Assembly: GCA_965203785.1 (NCBI GenBank)
Contig: OZ241911.1
Location: 736,540 to 800,539, forward strand
Source: Bdellovibrionales bacterium
GTDB lineage: Bacteria; Bdellovibrionota; Bdellovibrionia; Bdellovibrionales; UBA1609
Length of the DNA: 64,000 bases
Reading direction: 5' to 3'
The first letter of the stretch is position 1; each line of letters begins with the position of its first letter. The notes below the pieces were generated by a model, which was not told the DNA's origin, searched no databases, and saw nothing but the letters and a program-made list of their open reading frames with translations. The position numbers and the translations under genes are program-made. Positions 54,476 through 64,000 of the stretch are shown in pieces.

Positions 54476-56410
54476 ATGGCTATTAAAATTCTAATTCTAG
54501 AAGACGATACAAATCTGGGGAACAGTTTAAAGGATTTTTTTACTCACCAAAAAGGAGCTGATGTTCATCTGGCCAGCGATGTAGAAATGGCTGAATATTA
54601 TATGATGTGGGATATGTATGATTTGTTAATTGTCGATTTAGTAATGCCTCAAGTAAATGGGTTGGATTTTTTAAAAAGGATTATTTCTAAAAATTATTTA
54701 TTAGACTGTTGTAAGGTATGGTGCATTTCTGGTGTTTTAGATAATAGTATTTTATCAGCTTCTTTAAATAAGCATGTGAGTCGCTTTTTTAAAAAACCTT
54801 TAGATATTCAGCAAATTTCTCAGATATTTTCGGATGACTTTGATTTAGAAAAATATAAAAAATATTTTCGATTTTTCTATATGGAAAAAGATTTTAATTT
54901 ATCTTGTTCAAATGTACTCAATCAGTGCAAATCGATTAGTAATCACCACTTGGTATTTCTTTATCTGTATTTGTTTGTTAAAAAATTTAATGGGACATTG
55001 GATATTACAGGTAGTGGAAAAAACGGTACAGATAAGTTATATTTTGAAAATGGTAAAATATGTGCATTAAGGTCTTCTAAATTAGATAGGGAATCTTATC
55101 TTGGCAATTTACTTGTAAAAAATCAAATGATTTCATCTCAAGATGTTAAAGAAGCCATGGAGAAAAAAGGAGATCAATTACTGGGAGATTATTTGGTTAA
55201 TCAGTGTCTTGTGTCTCCACATGTTATAAGCAATGAGCTCAAACGACAGATCATTATTCGTTTAAATCAAACAATAGACTGCCCTCAAGTGAATATTTCT
55301 TTTTCTGATATGGAAATAAAAACACAATCGGACGACAGTATTTTTGTACACTTAGATGATCTAATGCCTTCTTTAGAAGATTGGATCTTCTCTAAAGTAT
55401 CATTGAAATGGATTCGAAATTTTTTTAAAAATAGATCCGATATGATTTTACAGCCATCTAATAATAAAGCTATTAATTATAAAAAAGGACAATCTAATAT
55501 GTTTGAATTAGTTGCAGTTAATCCTATAAAAAATAAAATTAATGTTTATGAGTTAATTGATCAACCAGTGTTTCAAAGTGATAAGTATATTTACGAATTA
55601 TATTATCGTTTGTTAATTAAAGATATTTATTTATCGGTTAAAGATCCAAACACTATAGATGAATATTCTTTTAGAAGAACTGCTTATATGAAAGCTAAAC
55701 TAACAAATTTTATTAAAGAATCAACTTCTAAAAGTTTTTTTGAGCTATTGGGTGTATCCAAAAATTCGACTAAAGAGCAATTGAGCTTAAAATATAGGAT
55801 AGCTATGAGTATTTTTCATCCAGATTATCGATCTAAAAACATATCTTTAGATTTACACAAATTATACGATAAAATTTTTTCAATTGTTAATCAAGCTCAT
55901 AGTGTATTAAGTGATCGAGAAAAAAGACAATCGTATCTATTAAAATTCATGTCTAAAGAAAAAGAGAAAGAATTAGATATAGAAACAAAATATAAACAAA
56001 GTTTAGAGTTTTTAAAACTAGAGCAATATGAAGAAGCTTTTCGTGGTTTGGAAGAGGTTTTACAACATAAAGGCAACTCTCATGCAGGTGTTATTTATTG
56101 GATTTGGTCGACTTTAAAAAAAGGTTCGTCATCAATCAGCAAGGTGCAAACTAATAAATTACTTTTGATGTTAGATAAACTCCCAGAGAATTTAAAAAAA
56201 GCAGATTTCTTTTTTGTTCAAGGAATGTTGAGAAGAAGGTCTGGAGATAAAAAATCCGCCAAGGTGTTTTTTGAAAAAGCTTTATCTCTTAACCCTCATT
56301 TAGTGCCGGCTAAACAAGAAATGTATTCTATGAATTTAGAGAACTCTGCTGAAACGAATAAGAAAAAAAAGAAATCATTTTGGGGCAATTGGCGAAAATC
56401 ATCTGCTTAA
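54476..56410 (+). CDS. Response-regulator receiver + DUF4388-like + DnaJ (J) domain + TPR-like protein
   Basis: 644 aa. REC is marked by 'ILILEDD...DLLIVDLVMPQVNGLDFL' and the DUF4388-like segment by 'GTLDITGSGKNGTDKLYFENGKICAL'. The J domain is 'FFELLGVSKNSTKEQLSLKYRIAMSIFHPD' with the HPD motif. Confidence 0.7.
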   Translation: MAIKILILEDDTNLGNSLKDFFTHQKGADVHLASDVEMAEYYMMWDMYDLLIVDLVMPQVNGLDFLKRIISKNYLLDCCKVWCISGVLDNSILSASLNKHVSRFFKKPLDIQQISQIFSDDFDLEKYKKYFRFFYMEKDFNLSCSNVLNQCKSISNHHLVFLYLYLFVKKFNGTLDITGSGKNGTDKLYFENGKICALRSSKLDRESYLGNLLVKNQMISSQDVKEAMEKKGDQLLGDYLVNQCLVSPHVISNELKRQIIIRLNQTIDCPQVNISFSDMEIKTQSDDSIFVHLDDLMPSLEDWIFSKVSLKWIRNFFKNRSDMILQPSNNKAINYKKGQSNMFELVAVNPIKNKINVYELIDQPVFQSDKYIYELYYRLLIKDIYLSVKDPNTIDEYSFRRTAYMKAKLTNFIKESTSKSFFELLGVSKNSTKEQLSLKYRIAMSIFHPDYRSKNISLDLHKLYDKIFSIVNQAHSVLSDREKRQSYLLKFMSKEKEKELDIETKYKQSLEFLKLEQYEEAFRGLEEVLQHKGNSHAGVIYWIWSTLKKGSSSISKVQTNKLLLMLDKLPENLKKADFFFVQGMLRRRSGDKKSAKVFFEKALSLNPHLVPAKQEMYSMNLENSAETNKKKKKSFWGNWRKSSA

Positions 56411-56441
56411 ATATAAATAAAATGATAAGGTAAAAAATAAT

Positions 56442-57599
56442 ATGGATTTTCGTTTAACTCAAGATCATAAGGCATTTCAAAAGTTAGCTCGGGAGTTTGC
56501 AAAAAAAGAGATTACTCCTAAAGCTGGTGAATGGGATGAAAAAAAGTTTTTCCCTAGGGATGTTATTCAAAAATCTGCTGAACAAGGTTTTTTAGGACTT
56601 TATTTAAAAGAAGACTATGGAGGTATGAATCGTTCTCGCTTAGATACAACTTTAATTTTAGAAGAGTTGGCAGCTGCTTGTCCTTCTACGGCGGCTTATA
56701 TTTCTATTCATAATATGACTGCTTGGATGATTGACGAATTTGGAAATGATTCAATTAGAAAATATTTTATTCCTCAAATGAGTTGCGGAAAGTGGTTGGG
56801 CTCTTATTGTTTAACTGAGCCTGGGTCGGGGTCCGATTCTGCAAGTCTTAAGACTTCTGCTGTTAAAAAAAATGGAGAATGGATTTTAAATGGAACTAAA
56901 TCTTTTGTATCAGGAGCTGGTCAAACAGAAGTATTAGTTGTTATGGCCCGAACAGGTGAGCATAAAACAAGGGGAATTTCTAGTTTTGTAGTGCCTGCTC
57001 AAACAAGTGGTATTTCTTATGGCAAAAATGAAAAAAAAATGGGTTGGAACAGTCAACCCACTCGTATTGTAAATTTAGATGGTGTTAAAATTCCGGAAGA
57101 GAATATTTTAGGTCGACCAGGGGATGGATTTAAAATTGCTATGAAGGGTTTAAATGGAGGTCGTATTAATATCGGTGCTTGTTCTGTAGGTGCTGGGCAA
57201 TCAGCTCTCCAATATGCCACAAATTATATGAGAGAAAGAGAACAATTTGGAAAAAAACTGAGCCGGTTTCAGGTACTTCGCTTTAAGATTGCCAAAATGG
57301 CTGTGGATGTAAGTGTTTCTCGACAAATGATTCGGTTAGCTGCATTTAAGATAGATCAAAACGACCCCAATTGTTCTGTTTATTGTGCAATGGCTAAAAA
57401 AGAATCTACAGATCGATGCTTTGAAGTATGCAATAGTGCTATTCAGATTTATGGAGGTTATGGTTACACTCGGGATTATCCAGTAGAGCGTTTAATGAGG
57501 GATGCACGAGTGCATCAAATTTTAGAGGGAACTAACGAAATTATGAATGTCATTATTGCTCGTTCTATTTTAGAACATAACATAACTTATTTTTCTTAA
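56442..57599 (+). CDS. Acyl-CoA dehydrogenase (short/branched-chain, isobutyryl-CoA dehydrogenase-like)
   Basis: 385 aa with 'CLTEPGSGSD' and 'YGGYGYTRDYPVERLMRDARVHQILEGTNEI'. Confidence 0.88.
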   Translation: MDFRLTQDHKAFQKLAREFAKKEITPKAGEWDEKKFFPRDVIQKSAEQGFLGLYLKEDYGGMNRSRLDTTLILEELAAACPSTAAYISIHNMTAWMIDEFGNDSIRKYFIPQMSCGKWLGSYCLTEPGSGSDSASLKTSAVKKNGEWILNGTKSFVSGAGQTEVLVVMARTGEHKTRGISSFVVPAQTSGISYGKNEKKMGWNSQPTRIVNLDGVKIPEENILGRPGDGFKIAMKGLNGGRINIGACSVGAGQSALQYATNYMREREQFGKKLSRFQVLRFKIAKMAVDVSVSRQMIRLAAFKIDQNDPNCSVYCAMAKKESTDRCFEVCNSAIQIYGGYGYTRDYPVERLMRDARVHQILEGTNEIMNVIIARSILEHNITYFS

Positions 57600-57621
57600 A
57601 AGGCTAAATAAAGATTAAATA

Positions 57622-58746
57622 ATGAATGTTGCATTATCTGATAAAGTTATTTTTAAAGAACGACAAAAACCAAACGGGGAGTTGATAGGGGATATTCAAT
57701 TAAATTGCCCTTTAAGTCTTAACGCTTTAGATCTGGATATGGTTCGAGCAATAGAGAATCAACTTAAAAAATGGAGGGAGTACTCTTTAATAAAGGCAAT
57801 TTTTTTACATGGAAAAGGGGAAAAATCTTTTTGTGCAGGTGGGGATGTTAAAAAAATTTACTCAATTATTATATCTAAAAAATTAAGCCATCGCGATATT
57901 CAACCATTTGTTCAACCTTTTTTTGAAACAGAATATCGGTTAGATTATCTATTGCATACTTACCCTAAACCAGTAGTAGTATGGGGAAATGGCTGGGTAA
58001 TGGGAGGTGGAATGGGATTATTTTTAGGAGGATCCCACTCCATTGTAACAGAAAATACTTACTTGTCTATGCCAGAAATTATGATTGGTTTTTTTACAGA
58101 TGTGGGAAGTTCTTATTTTTTAAGTCGTATGCCTTACTCTATTGGTTGGTATATAGCTTTAACTGCTTACCGTATAAATTTTGTAGAAATTTTATGGCTT
58201 ATGAGTTTTTTTAAAAACAAAAAAACTTTTTACTTTCAGAATTTGCATAAAGAAAGTGTTATTCAAACATTAGTGAATGCTTCTTTTAGCAATAAAAAAG
58301 AGTTAACCCAAATTTTATTAGATCTTCAAAATAAAGAAACTAAAAAATCAAGTTATTTGCATAAAAATTGGCTCAAAGAAAATAAAGATTTTATTTCCAA
58401 ACTTTTTCTATCGCAAGAGTTAAAAGCTATATATCGAGTAATTAATACAGCGACTTCCACAGACTCTGTATTTCAAGAAAATAAGCAAAATTTTTTAAAA
58501 GGTTCTCCTTCTTCTTTAGGAGTTATATGTGAATTACTTAAAAGAGCTAGAGAACAAACTTTAGAAGAAGTATTTCAGACAGATTTAACACTTGCTTTGA
58601 ATGTTGCTCACCAGCCTGATTTTATTGAAGGAGTGCGTGCTGTATTAGTGGATAAAACAAATCAACCAAAATGGAATCCATCCTCGATTTCAGCCATTAC
58701 TTCAGAGGCAGTGCAAAAGTATTTTAATAAGAGAAATAAGAGATAA
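57622..58746 (+). CDS. 3-hydroxyisobutyryl-CoA hydrolase-like enoyl-CoA hydratase/isomerase family protein
   Basis: 374 aa with 'FCAGGDVK', and the long C-terminal domain carries 'FIEGVRAVLVDKTNQPKWNP', typical of the HIBCH (ECH_2) family. Confidence 0.8.
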   Translation: MNVALSDKVIFKERQKPNGELIGDIQLNCPLSLNALDLDMVRAIENQLKKWREYSLIKAIFLHGKGEKSFCAGGDVKKIYSIIISKKLSHRDIQPFVQPFFETEYRLDYLLHTYPKPVVVWGNGWVMGGGMGLFLGGSHSIVTENTYLSMPEIMIGFFTDVGSSYFLSRMPYSIGWYIALTAYRINFVEILWLMSFFKNKKTFYFQNLHKESVIQTLVNASFSNKKELTQILLDLQNKETKKSSYLHKNWLKENKDFISKLFLSQELKAIYRVINTATSTDSVFQENKQNFLKGSPSSLGVICELLKRAREQTLEEVFQTDLTLALNVAHQPDFIEGVRAVLVDKTNQPKWNPSSISAITSEAVQKYFNKRNKR

Positions 58747-58815
58747 AATTCATTTGCAATAATCTATTTAATGTGCGATAATCCTCAAAAAAAGGGGGTA
58801 AAAAAGGAGGTAAAT

Positions 58816-59682
58816 ATGATTAACCAATTATTTTTAGTAACCATAACATTTTTTGTACTACAGCTTTCACTTGTTTTTGCACAAGAAAACTCTGATTGTC
58901 TTTCTGTTCCGACTAAAGAAATAATGAAAAAAGATTTTCCAGAAGAAGAAAGTTTTTATAAAAATTTTCAACAAGAATCTATAGAATGCCAAAAACAAAT
59001 TTTTCAAAAAATAGCAGAAGATGTAGACCGTTACGAAACCGATTCAACCTCCAATGGAGATACAGAAAAAAGTTTCTCGACTATAATTTGGACAGAATTT
59101 GACAAATTTAAAAGAAGAGCGTCAAGCAGTGTAGATAGTGCATCTGATAGCTTAGGTAATGTTCTTTTTTGGTCTGTAGAAAAATCTAGAGAAGCTAAAA
59201 ATTCTATTGCTGAATCTGAAGAATACTTACAATTAAAAAAAAGAATGTTAAACGGTGTAAATAGTGCATCTGATGGTTTAGATAAGGCGTCCAAATGGTC
59301 TACAGAAAAATATAAACAATCTAAAGATCTTACTTCTAAAGGCTTAGATAAGGCGTCCAAATGGTCTATAGAAAAATATAAACAATCTAAAGATCTTACT
59401 TCTAAAGGCTTAGATAAGGCGTCCAAATGGTCTACAGAAAAATATGAACAATCTAAAGATCTTCCTGCTAAATCTTATGACTACTTCAGAAAGCGAATTG
59501 ATAGATTACTGAGTATCAGTGAATCTAAAATACTTGCTCTTGTAGAAAAAGTAAGTTCTGATGTAAGTACAGAGGCTGGGTCAGACTGTGTTTCATGTGT
59601 AGAAGACGATTCAAACCATCCCAAAGATCAAAATATTCAAAACCTAAACGAAGCCATTAATTCTTTAAATAAAGAACCTTAA
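58816..59682 (+). CDS. Secreted repeat protein
   Basis: ORF 58771..59682. AAGGAGG precedes ATG 58816, giving the signal peptide 'MINQLFLVTITFFVLQLSLVFAQ'. It contains three 22-aa repeats. Confidence 0.55.
   Translation: MINQLFLVTITFFVLQLSLVFAQENSDCLSVPTKEIMKKDFPEEESFYKNFQQESIECQKQIFQKIAEDVDRYETDSTSNGDTEKSFSTIIWTEFDKFKRRASSSVDSASDSLGNVLFWSVEKSREAKNSIAESEEYLQLKKRMLNGVNSASDGLDKASKWSTEKYKQSKDLTSKGLDKASKWSIEKYKQSKDLTSKGLDKASKWSTEKYEQSKDLPAKSYDYFRKRIDRLLSISESKILALVEKVSSDVSTEAGSDCVSCVEDDSNHPKDQNIQNLNEAINSLNKEP
59275..59472. repeat. 3 x 66-bp in-frame tandem repeat
   Basis: Near-identical units at 59275, 59341 and 59407 encode 'GLDKASKWS(T/I)EKY(K/E)QSKDL(T/P)(S/A)K'. Confidence 0.9.
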
Positions 59683-59706
59683 AATTACACAGAATAAAAT
59701 GTAATA

Positions 59707-60507
59707 ATGAATTTTAAATATTTGCAATTTGAACAATCAGAAAATATAGCTACTTTAACTATTAATCGTCCCAGAGCTCTTAATGCTCTCAATCAACAGA
59801 CTTTAACTGAATTAAAAAATTTAGTTTCATCTATCCACAAACAAAAAAAATTAAGGGCTTTAATTATTAGAGGTGCAGACGAAAAAGCTTTTTCAGCAGG
59901 AGCTGACATTAAAGAAATGCTCTCTTTTGACTCTCAACAGGCATGTCAATTCTCTCAAACCGGTCAACAAGTATTCTCTCAAATCGAATCCTTACCCATC
60001 CCAGTTATTGCCAGTGTTTATGGGTTTGCCTTAGGGGGAGGATTAGAATTAGCCCTTGCCTGTGACATTATCCTTATTAGTGATCATGCTAAATTGGGTC
60101 TTCCAGAAACCAGTATTGGATTGCTACCCGCTTTTGGGGGGACACAACGATTATTGCGTGCTGTCGGGTTTTATAAGGCTAAAGAGATGATTTTTTCTGG
60201 TCAAATATATCCAGCTAAAATTGCCCTCTCTATCGGATTGGCTAATCAAATAAGCCCTCAAAAAGATCTGATGACCACCGCTTGGGAATTGGCAAAAAAT
60301 ATCGAACAAAAAAATTTCGAAGCTGTTAGAGCTTGTAAAACTCTTATCCACCAGTTAGAAAATCAAACCTTTCAAAAGCGTTTGCAAAACGAAGCCCAAG
60401 CCTTCGGAAAGCTTTTTGATTCCCCCAACGCCAAAGAAGGAATAAAAGCTTTTATAGAAAAACGCCCTCCTCATTTCAAATCTACCGAAAATCATTCAAC
60501 TTCTTAA
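59707..60507 (+). CDS. Enoyl-CoA hydratase (crotonase)
   Basis: 266 aa with 'FSAGADIKEM' and 'GFALGGGLELALACD'. Confidence 0.9.
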   Translation: MNFKYLQFEQSENIATLTINRPRALNALNQQTLTELKNLVSSIHKQKKLRALIIRGADEKAFSAGADIKEMLSFDSQQACQFSQTGQQVFSQIESLPIPVIASVYGFALGGGLELALACDIILISDHAKLGLPETSIGLLPAFGGTQRLLRAVGFYKAKEMIFSGQIYPAKIALSIGLANQISPQKDLMTTAWELAKNIEQKNFEAVRACKTLIHQLENQTFQKRLQNEAQAFGKLFDSPNAKEGIKAFIEKRPPHFKSTENHSTS

Positions 60508-60558
60508 TTTGACTAAAACCACTATCAGTGTTACATAATTTTAAAGGGGGTGGGTGAT

Positions 60559-61506
60559 ATGTCGTCTCAATCATTTTTAAGCATTGACGATCTTAGTTCA
60601 AAAGATATTCAAAGTATCTTAAACAATACCCAACTGTTTAAAGAAGTTTTTGAAAAAACAGGTCGTATTATTGAATGTATTTCTTCAGATCAAACCCGTG
60701 GTTTGGTGGTGCAACTTTTATTTATGCAACCAAGTACTCGTACTCGTGTTTCTTTTGAAACAGCTTGTGGACGGCTGGGCATTGCTACAGCTAATTTGTG
60801 GAATACGCATGTTTCTTCTATGGCTAAGGGAGAAACATTGGAAGACACCATTCATTGTCTTGCAGCTCTTAAACCCAATATGATTGTTCTACGCTGTCAG
60901 TGCAAAACTTCGGATCCATTTTTGCAAAATAGCCCAATTCCAATTGTCAACGCCGGCTTAGGAGTAGAAGAACATCCCACTCAAGCTCTCATAGATGCTT
61001 TTACTATTCAGCAAATTAAAGGTCATGTAAAAAATGTAAAGATATTAATTGTAGGAGATGTTTTACACTCCCGTGTTGCTAATTCTAATTTAAAACTTCT
61101 GGTTCGTTTGGGTGCAGAATTGGGTTTTTGTGCTCCAGAAGAACTCACCCCTAAAGAAAGCAAAACATGGTCAAAAGTAGAAAAATTCGAATCGCTGGAA
61201 CATGGAATTAAATGGGCAGATGTCATGATGTGTCTCAGAGTGCAAAAAGAGCATCATTCTTTAAGAAGCTTTGGTTTCTCTATGGCAGAATATAGAGATA
61301 AGTATTATATTGGTGAAGAGCGAATGGATATTTTTAAAAAAGATGGAATTTTACTTCATCCAGGGCCAGCTGTGCGAGGAGTGGAAATTGACTCTAAAGT
61401 ATTAAATGACCCTCGTTGCCACATTATTACCCAAGTGGAAAATAGCACTTATGTTCGATCAGCTGTTACCTGCCATGTTCTTAAACTAGATGTTCATCGT
61501 CCATGA
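60559..61506 (+). CDS. pyrB: Aspartate carbamoyltransferase catalytic subunit
   Basis: Motifs 'STRTR', 'HPTQAL' and 'LHPGP' are present. ATG 60559 lies 8 nt after AGGGGG; the ORF track starts at GTG 60550. Confidence 0.9.
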   Translation: MSSQSFLSIDDLSSKDIQSILNNTQLFKEVFEKTGRIIECISSDQTRGLVVQLLFMQPSTRTRVSFETACGRLGIATANLWNTHVSSMAKGETLEDTIHCLAALKPNMIVLRCQCKTSDPFLQNSPIPIVNAGLGVEEHPTQALIDAFTIQQIKGHVKNVKILIVGDVLHSRVANSNLKLLVRLGAELGFCAPEELTPKESKTWSKVEKFESLEHGIKWADVMMCLRVQKEHHSLRSFGFSMAEYRDKYYIGEERMDIFKKDGILLHPGPAVRGVEIDSKVLNDPRCHIITQVENSTYVRSAVTCHVLKLDVHRP

Positions 61507-62659
61507 TCAAAACAAACAATTAGAACAAATGATTAAGACAACAACTCAATCTAATAAATTCCAACACAATTATTTTCCGTCTGGTGGGTTTCTTGTTTTA
61601 GAATCTGGAGAAGTTTTTAAAGGATGCTTTTTAGGAGGTATGGAATGTGCCGGAGAAGTGGTGTTTAATACTTCCCACAGTGGTTACGAAGAAATCGCAA
61701 CTGACCCTTCTTATTTTCATCAAATTATTGTAATGACTTCCCCCATGCAAGGCAATTATGGGCAAAACAATAATGTTTGGGAATCAGATAAAATTCATAT
61801 TCAAGGACTCATCTGTGTAGAAATGCAATATTCGTTAAGAGATCAATCTTGGGGAAACAAACTGTTAGATTATGGAGTTCCTATTTTATCACAAGTGGAT
61901 ACCAGACAACTCACCCTCCATTTGAGGCAACAAGGGAGTGTGTGGGGAGCTTTAGTTCGATCTGAAAAAGAAAAAGAAGCTTTAAAAAAAGCCACTCGTT
62001 TAATAAAAAATGTTCAACAACAATCAACGGATTGGCCTTTTATGGTTGCGAAACCATCTGTCCAAACTCTATCGGGCAAAAAACCCAAAGGACCTGTGCT
62101 AGCTGTTATAGATTTTGGCGTTAAGCAAAGTATTATTCAACAACTTTTAAAAAGATGTTCTCAGTTGTGGTTATTTCCTCCACGAACCCATTCAAAAGAT
62201 ATTCTAAAAATAAAACCAGACGGAATATTACTTTCTAACGGACCAGGTGACCCAATGAATGTTAAACAATCTGTAAAAACAGTTCGAGATCTATTAGGGA
62301 AAGTATTTATTTTTGGTATATGTATGGGACATCAAATTTTAGCTTTAGCTTTAGGAGGTAAAACATATAAACTCAAATTTGGACATCGAGGTAGCAATCA
62401 CCCCGTACGCGATCAACTTCTGAATATTATTTCTGTAACCAGTCAAAATCACGGTTATGCTGTTAAAGCCAATACATTACCCTCTCATGTTCGAATCACC
62501 CATACCAATTTAAATGATCAAACAGTAGAAGGTTTTTTCTCTAAAAAAGATCGATGCATGGGTATTCAGTTTCATCCAGAAAGTTCCCCAGGACCTCATG
62601 AATCTCGTTCTCTGTTTGATGTTTTTATTAAACAACTAAAAAAAACTGCAAATAAATAA
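61490..62659 (+). CDS. carA: Carbamoyl-phosphate synthase small (glutaminase) subunit
   Basis: It has 'LVLESGEVFKG', the catalytic 'GICMGHQ' and 'IQFHPES'. The true start may be Met at 61529, which avoids overlap with pyrB. Confidence 0.93.
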   Translation: MFIVHDQNKQLEQMIKTTTQSNKFQHNYFPSGGFLVLESGEVFKGCFLGGMECAGEVVFNTSHSGYEEIATDPSYFHQIIVMTSPMQGNYGQNNNVWESDKIHIQGLICVEMQYSLRDQSWGNKLLDYGVPILSQVDTRQLTLHLRQQGSVWGALVRSEKEKEALKKATRLIKNVQQQSTDWPFMVAKPSVQTLSGKKPKGPVLAVIDFGVKQSIIQQLLKRCSQLWLFPPRTHSKDILKIKPDGILLSNGPGDPMNVKQSVKTVRDLLGKVFIFGICMGHQILALALGGKTYKLKFGHRGSNHPVRDQLLNIISVTSQNHGYAVKANTLPSHVRITHTNLNDQTVEGFFSKKDRCMGIQFHPESSPGPHESRSLFDVFIKQLKKTANK

Positions 62660-62661
62660 AA

Positions 62662-64000
62662 ATGCCAATTAGAAAAGATATTAAAAAAGTAGTCGTTTTA
62701 GGAAGTGGTCCCATTATGATTGGTCAAGCTTGTGAATTTGACTACTCTGGCACACAAGCTTGTAAAGCTCTTATGCAAAAAGGACTACCTGTTGTGTTGA
62801 TTAACTCCAACCCGGCAACTATTATGACTGATCCAGAAACAGCAACTCATGTTTATATCGAACCTCTTACTTGCACTTCTGTAGAGCGTGTTTTATATAA
62901 AGAAAAACCAACCCATCTCATCCCTACTCTTGGTGGGCAAACGGCTCTGAACTTAGCCCTAGAACTCGATCAAAAAAAAATACTCAATAAATTGGGTATT
63001 CGACTCTTAGGTGCACAACCTCAAGTGATTCAAAAAGCAGAAAATCGAGAAAAATTTAGACAATTGTTAGAAGAAATTGGCGTTCATTATCCACAAAGCG
63101 AATTGGTTAAAAACTTTAAGCAAGGTTTGAAAGTAGCCAAATCTATACCTTTTCCGTTAGTGCTGAGACCCAACTACACTTTAGGTGGTTGGGGAGGGGG
63201 AGTAGCACATTCTATGGAAGAATACGAAGCAAAATTAGCACTTGCTCTTAGGGTTAGCCCATCGGGGGAGGTGTTAGTAGAAAAAAGTTTGTTAGGGTGG
63301 AATGAATTTGAATTAGAAGTCATGCGAGATAAAAGTGGCACTTTTTGTGTAGTGTGTTCTATAGAAAACATGGACCCATGTGGAGTGCATACAGGAGATA
63401 GTTGTTCGGTATCTCCTCAACAAACTTTGTCCGATCGAGAATATCAAGATATGCGTAATGAAGCTAGAAAAATTATACAAGCAGTTGGAGTAGAAACAGG
63501 AGGTGCTAATATCCAATTTGCACTACACCCCCAAACCAGACAGCGAATGGTGATCGAAATGAATCCACGAGTAAGTCGCTCATCCGCCTTAGCCAGTAAA
63601 GCGACAGGCTTTCCGATTGCTAAAGTAGCAGCCCTAGTGGCTGTGGGTTTTACTATGGACGAAATTCAAAACGATATTACTCAGGCTACTCCATCTTGTT
63701 ACGAGCCAGCTTTAGATTATATTGTGTTTAAAGTCCCTCGATTTGATTTTGAAAAATTTGAAGGTTCTAAAGATGTTCTCAACACTCAAATGAAAAGCGT
63801 AGGGGAAGTCATGGGTATGGGACGAGTGTTTTTAGAAGCTTGTATTAAAGCACTTGTATCTTTAGAAAAAAACGAAAAACTGTTAGTTCATACTGATTTT
63901 TCAGAAAAACAACTCACTTATCCAAATAGCAAAAGGCTTTATAGTATTTTTCAAGCCTTCAGAGAAGGGTATTCGATTCAACAAGTTCAAGAGTGGACGC
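62662..64000 (+). CDS. carB: Carbamoyl-phosphate synthase large subunit (5' part; continues beyond the window)
   Basis: The frame is open from ATG 62662 to the window end, so it is absent from the ORF track. It reads 'MPIRKDIKKVVVLGSGPIMIGQACEFDYSGTQACKAL...' and 'IEMNPRVSRSSALASKATGFPIAKVAA'. Confidence 0.95.
   Translation, partial: MPIRKDIKKVVVLGSGPIMIGQACEFDYSGTQACKALMQKGLPVVLINSNPATIMTDPETATHVYIEPLTCTSVERVLYKEKPTHLIPTLGGQTALNLALELDQKKILNKLGIRLLGAQPQVIQKAENREKFRQLLEEIGVHYPQSELVKNFKQGLKVAKSIPFPLVLRPNYTLGGWGGGVAHSMEEYEAKLALALRVSPSGEVLVEKSLLGWNEFELEVMRDKSGTFCVVCSIENMDPCGVHTGDSCSVSPQQTLSDREYQDMRNEARKIIQAVGVETGGANIQFALHPQTRQRMVIEMNPRVSRSSALASKATGFPIAKVAALVAVGFTMDEIQNDITQATPSCYEPALDYIVFKVPRFDFEKFEGSKDVLNTQMKSVGEVMGMGRVFLEACIKALVSLEKNEKLLVHTDFSEKQLTYPNSKRLYSIFQAFREGYSIQQVQEWT

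Overview
This is a 64-kb AT-rich bacterial chromosomal window that uses the standard code (TGA is a stop, e.g. at rpsN). All calls come from reading the ORF translations and DNA by eye. No homology search was run, so family names are motif-level recognitions. Gene content (mitochondrial/'spd'-type EF-G, type II glutamine synthetase, a REC-DUF4388-DnaJ protein, an HTTM protein, an ankyrin fragment) gives a tentative impression of a Bdellovibrionota/Oligoflexia-like lineage. Left flank (1-25.9 kb), housekeeping: tRNA-Val, DUF255 thioredoxin protein, rpsN, pheS, grx, purK-purE, a NamZ-like protein, recG, glnII, dcd-fusA, a large secreted hydrolase and ridA. Right flank (45.6-64 kb): tRNA-Ala, HTTM protein, scpA-scpB, tRNA-Gly, secG, bioB, argS, a valine-catabolism-like acyl-CoA cluster and pyrB-carA-carB (carB runs off the end). 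Between ridA and the 3' end of tRNA-Ala lies a ~20-kb accessory/defence island with no integrase. The island contains: (i) a CBASS operon of the E2-only ('type II short') kind, ordered patatin phospholipase, CD-NTase, E2-like protein; (ii) a divergent XRE-HTH + ImmA/IrrE peptidase pair (CapH/CapP-like) that appears co-transcribed with a TIR-domain gene whose product ends in an SSB-tail-like 'DDLPF'. This three-gene arrangement is my best candidate for something undescribed; (iii) an HTH-ImmA fusion + DUF4411 PIN-like pair coupled to a decayed Res helicase (in-frame TGA at a conserved Trp, DExH region missing); (iv) an AAA+DUF4143 ATPase-nuclease; (v) one intact Rpn-family nuclease gene plus three remnants, one of which preserves only the promoter-like region and a 30-codon C-terminal mini-ORF; (vi) an orphan SPPY DNA methyltransferase; (vii) a ~1.2-kb graveyard of chimeric gene fragments; and (viii) two paralogous two-gene modules (secreted/membrane protein + PD-(D/E)XK DUF3782-like protein) at the two ends of the island. 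Several genes carry coding tandem repeats. No CRISPR array or rRNA was seen.
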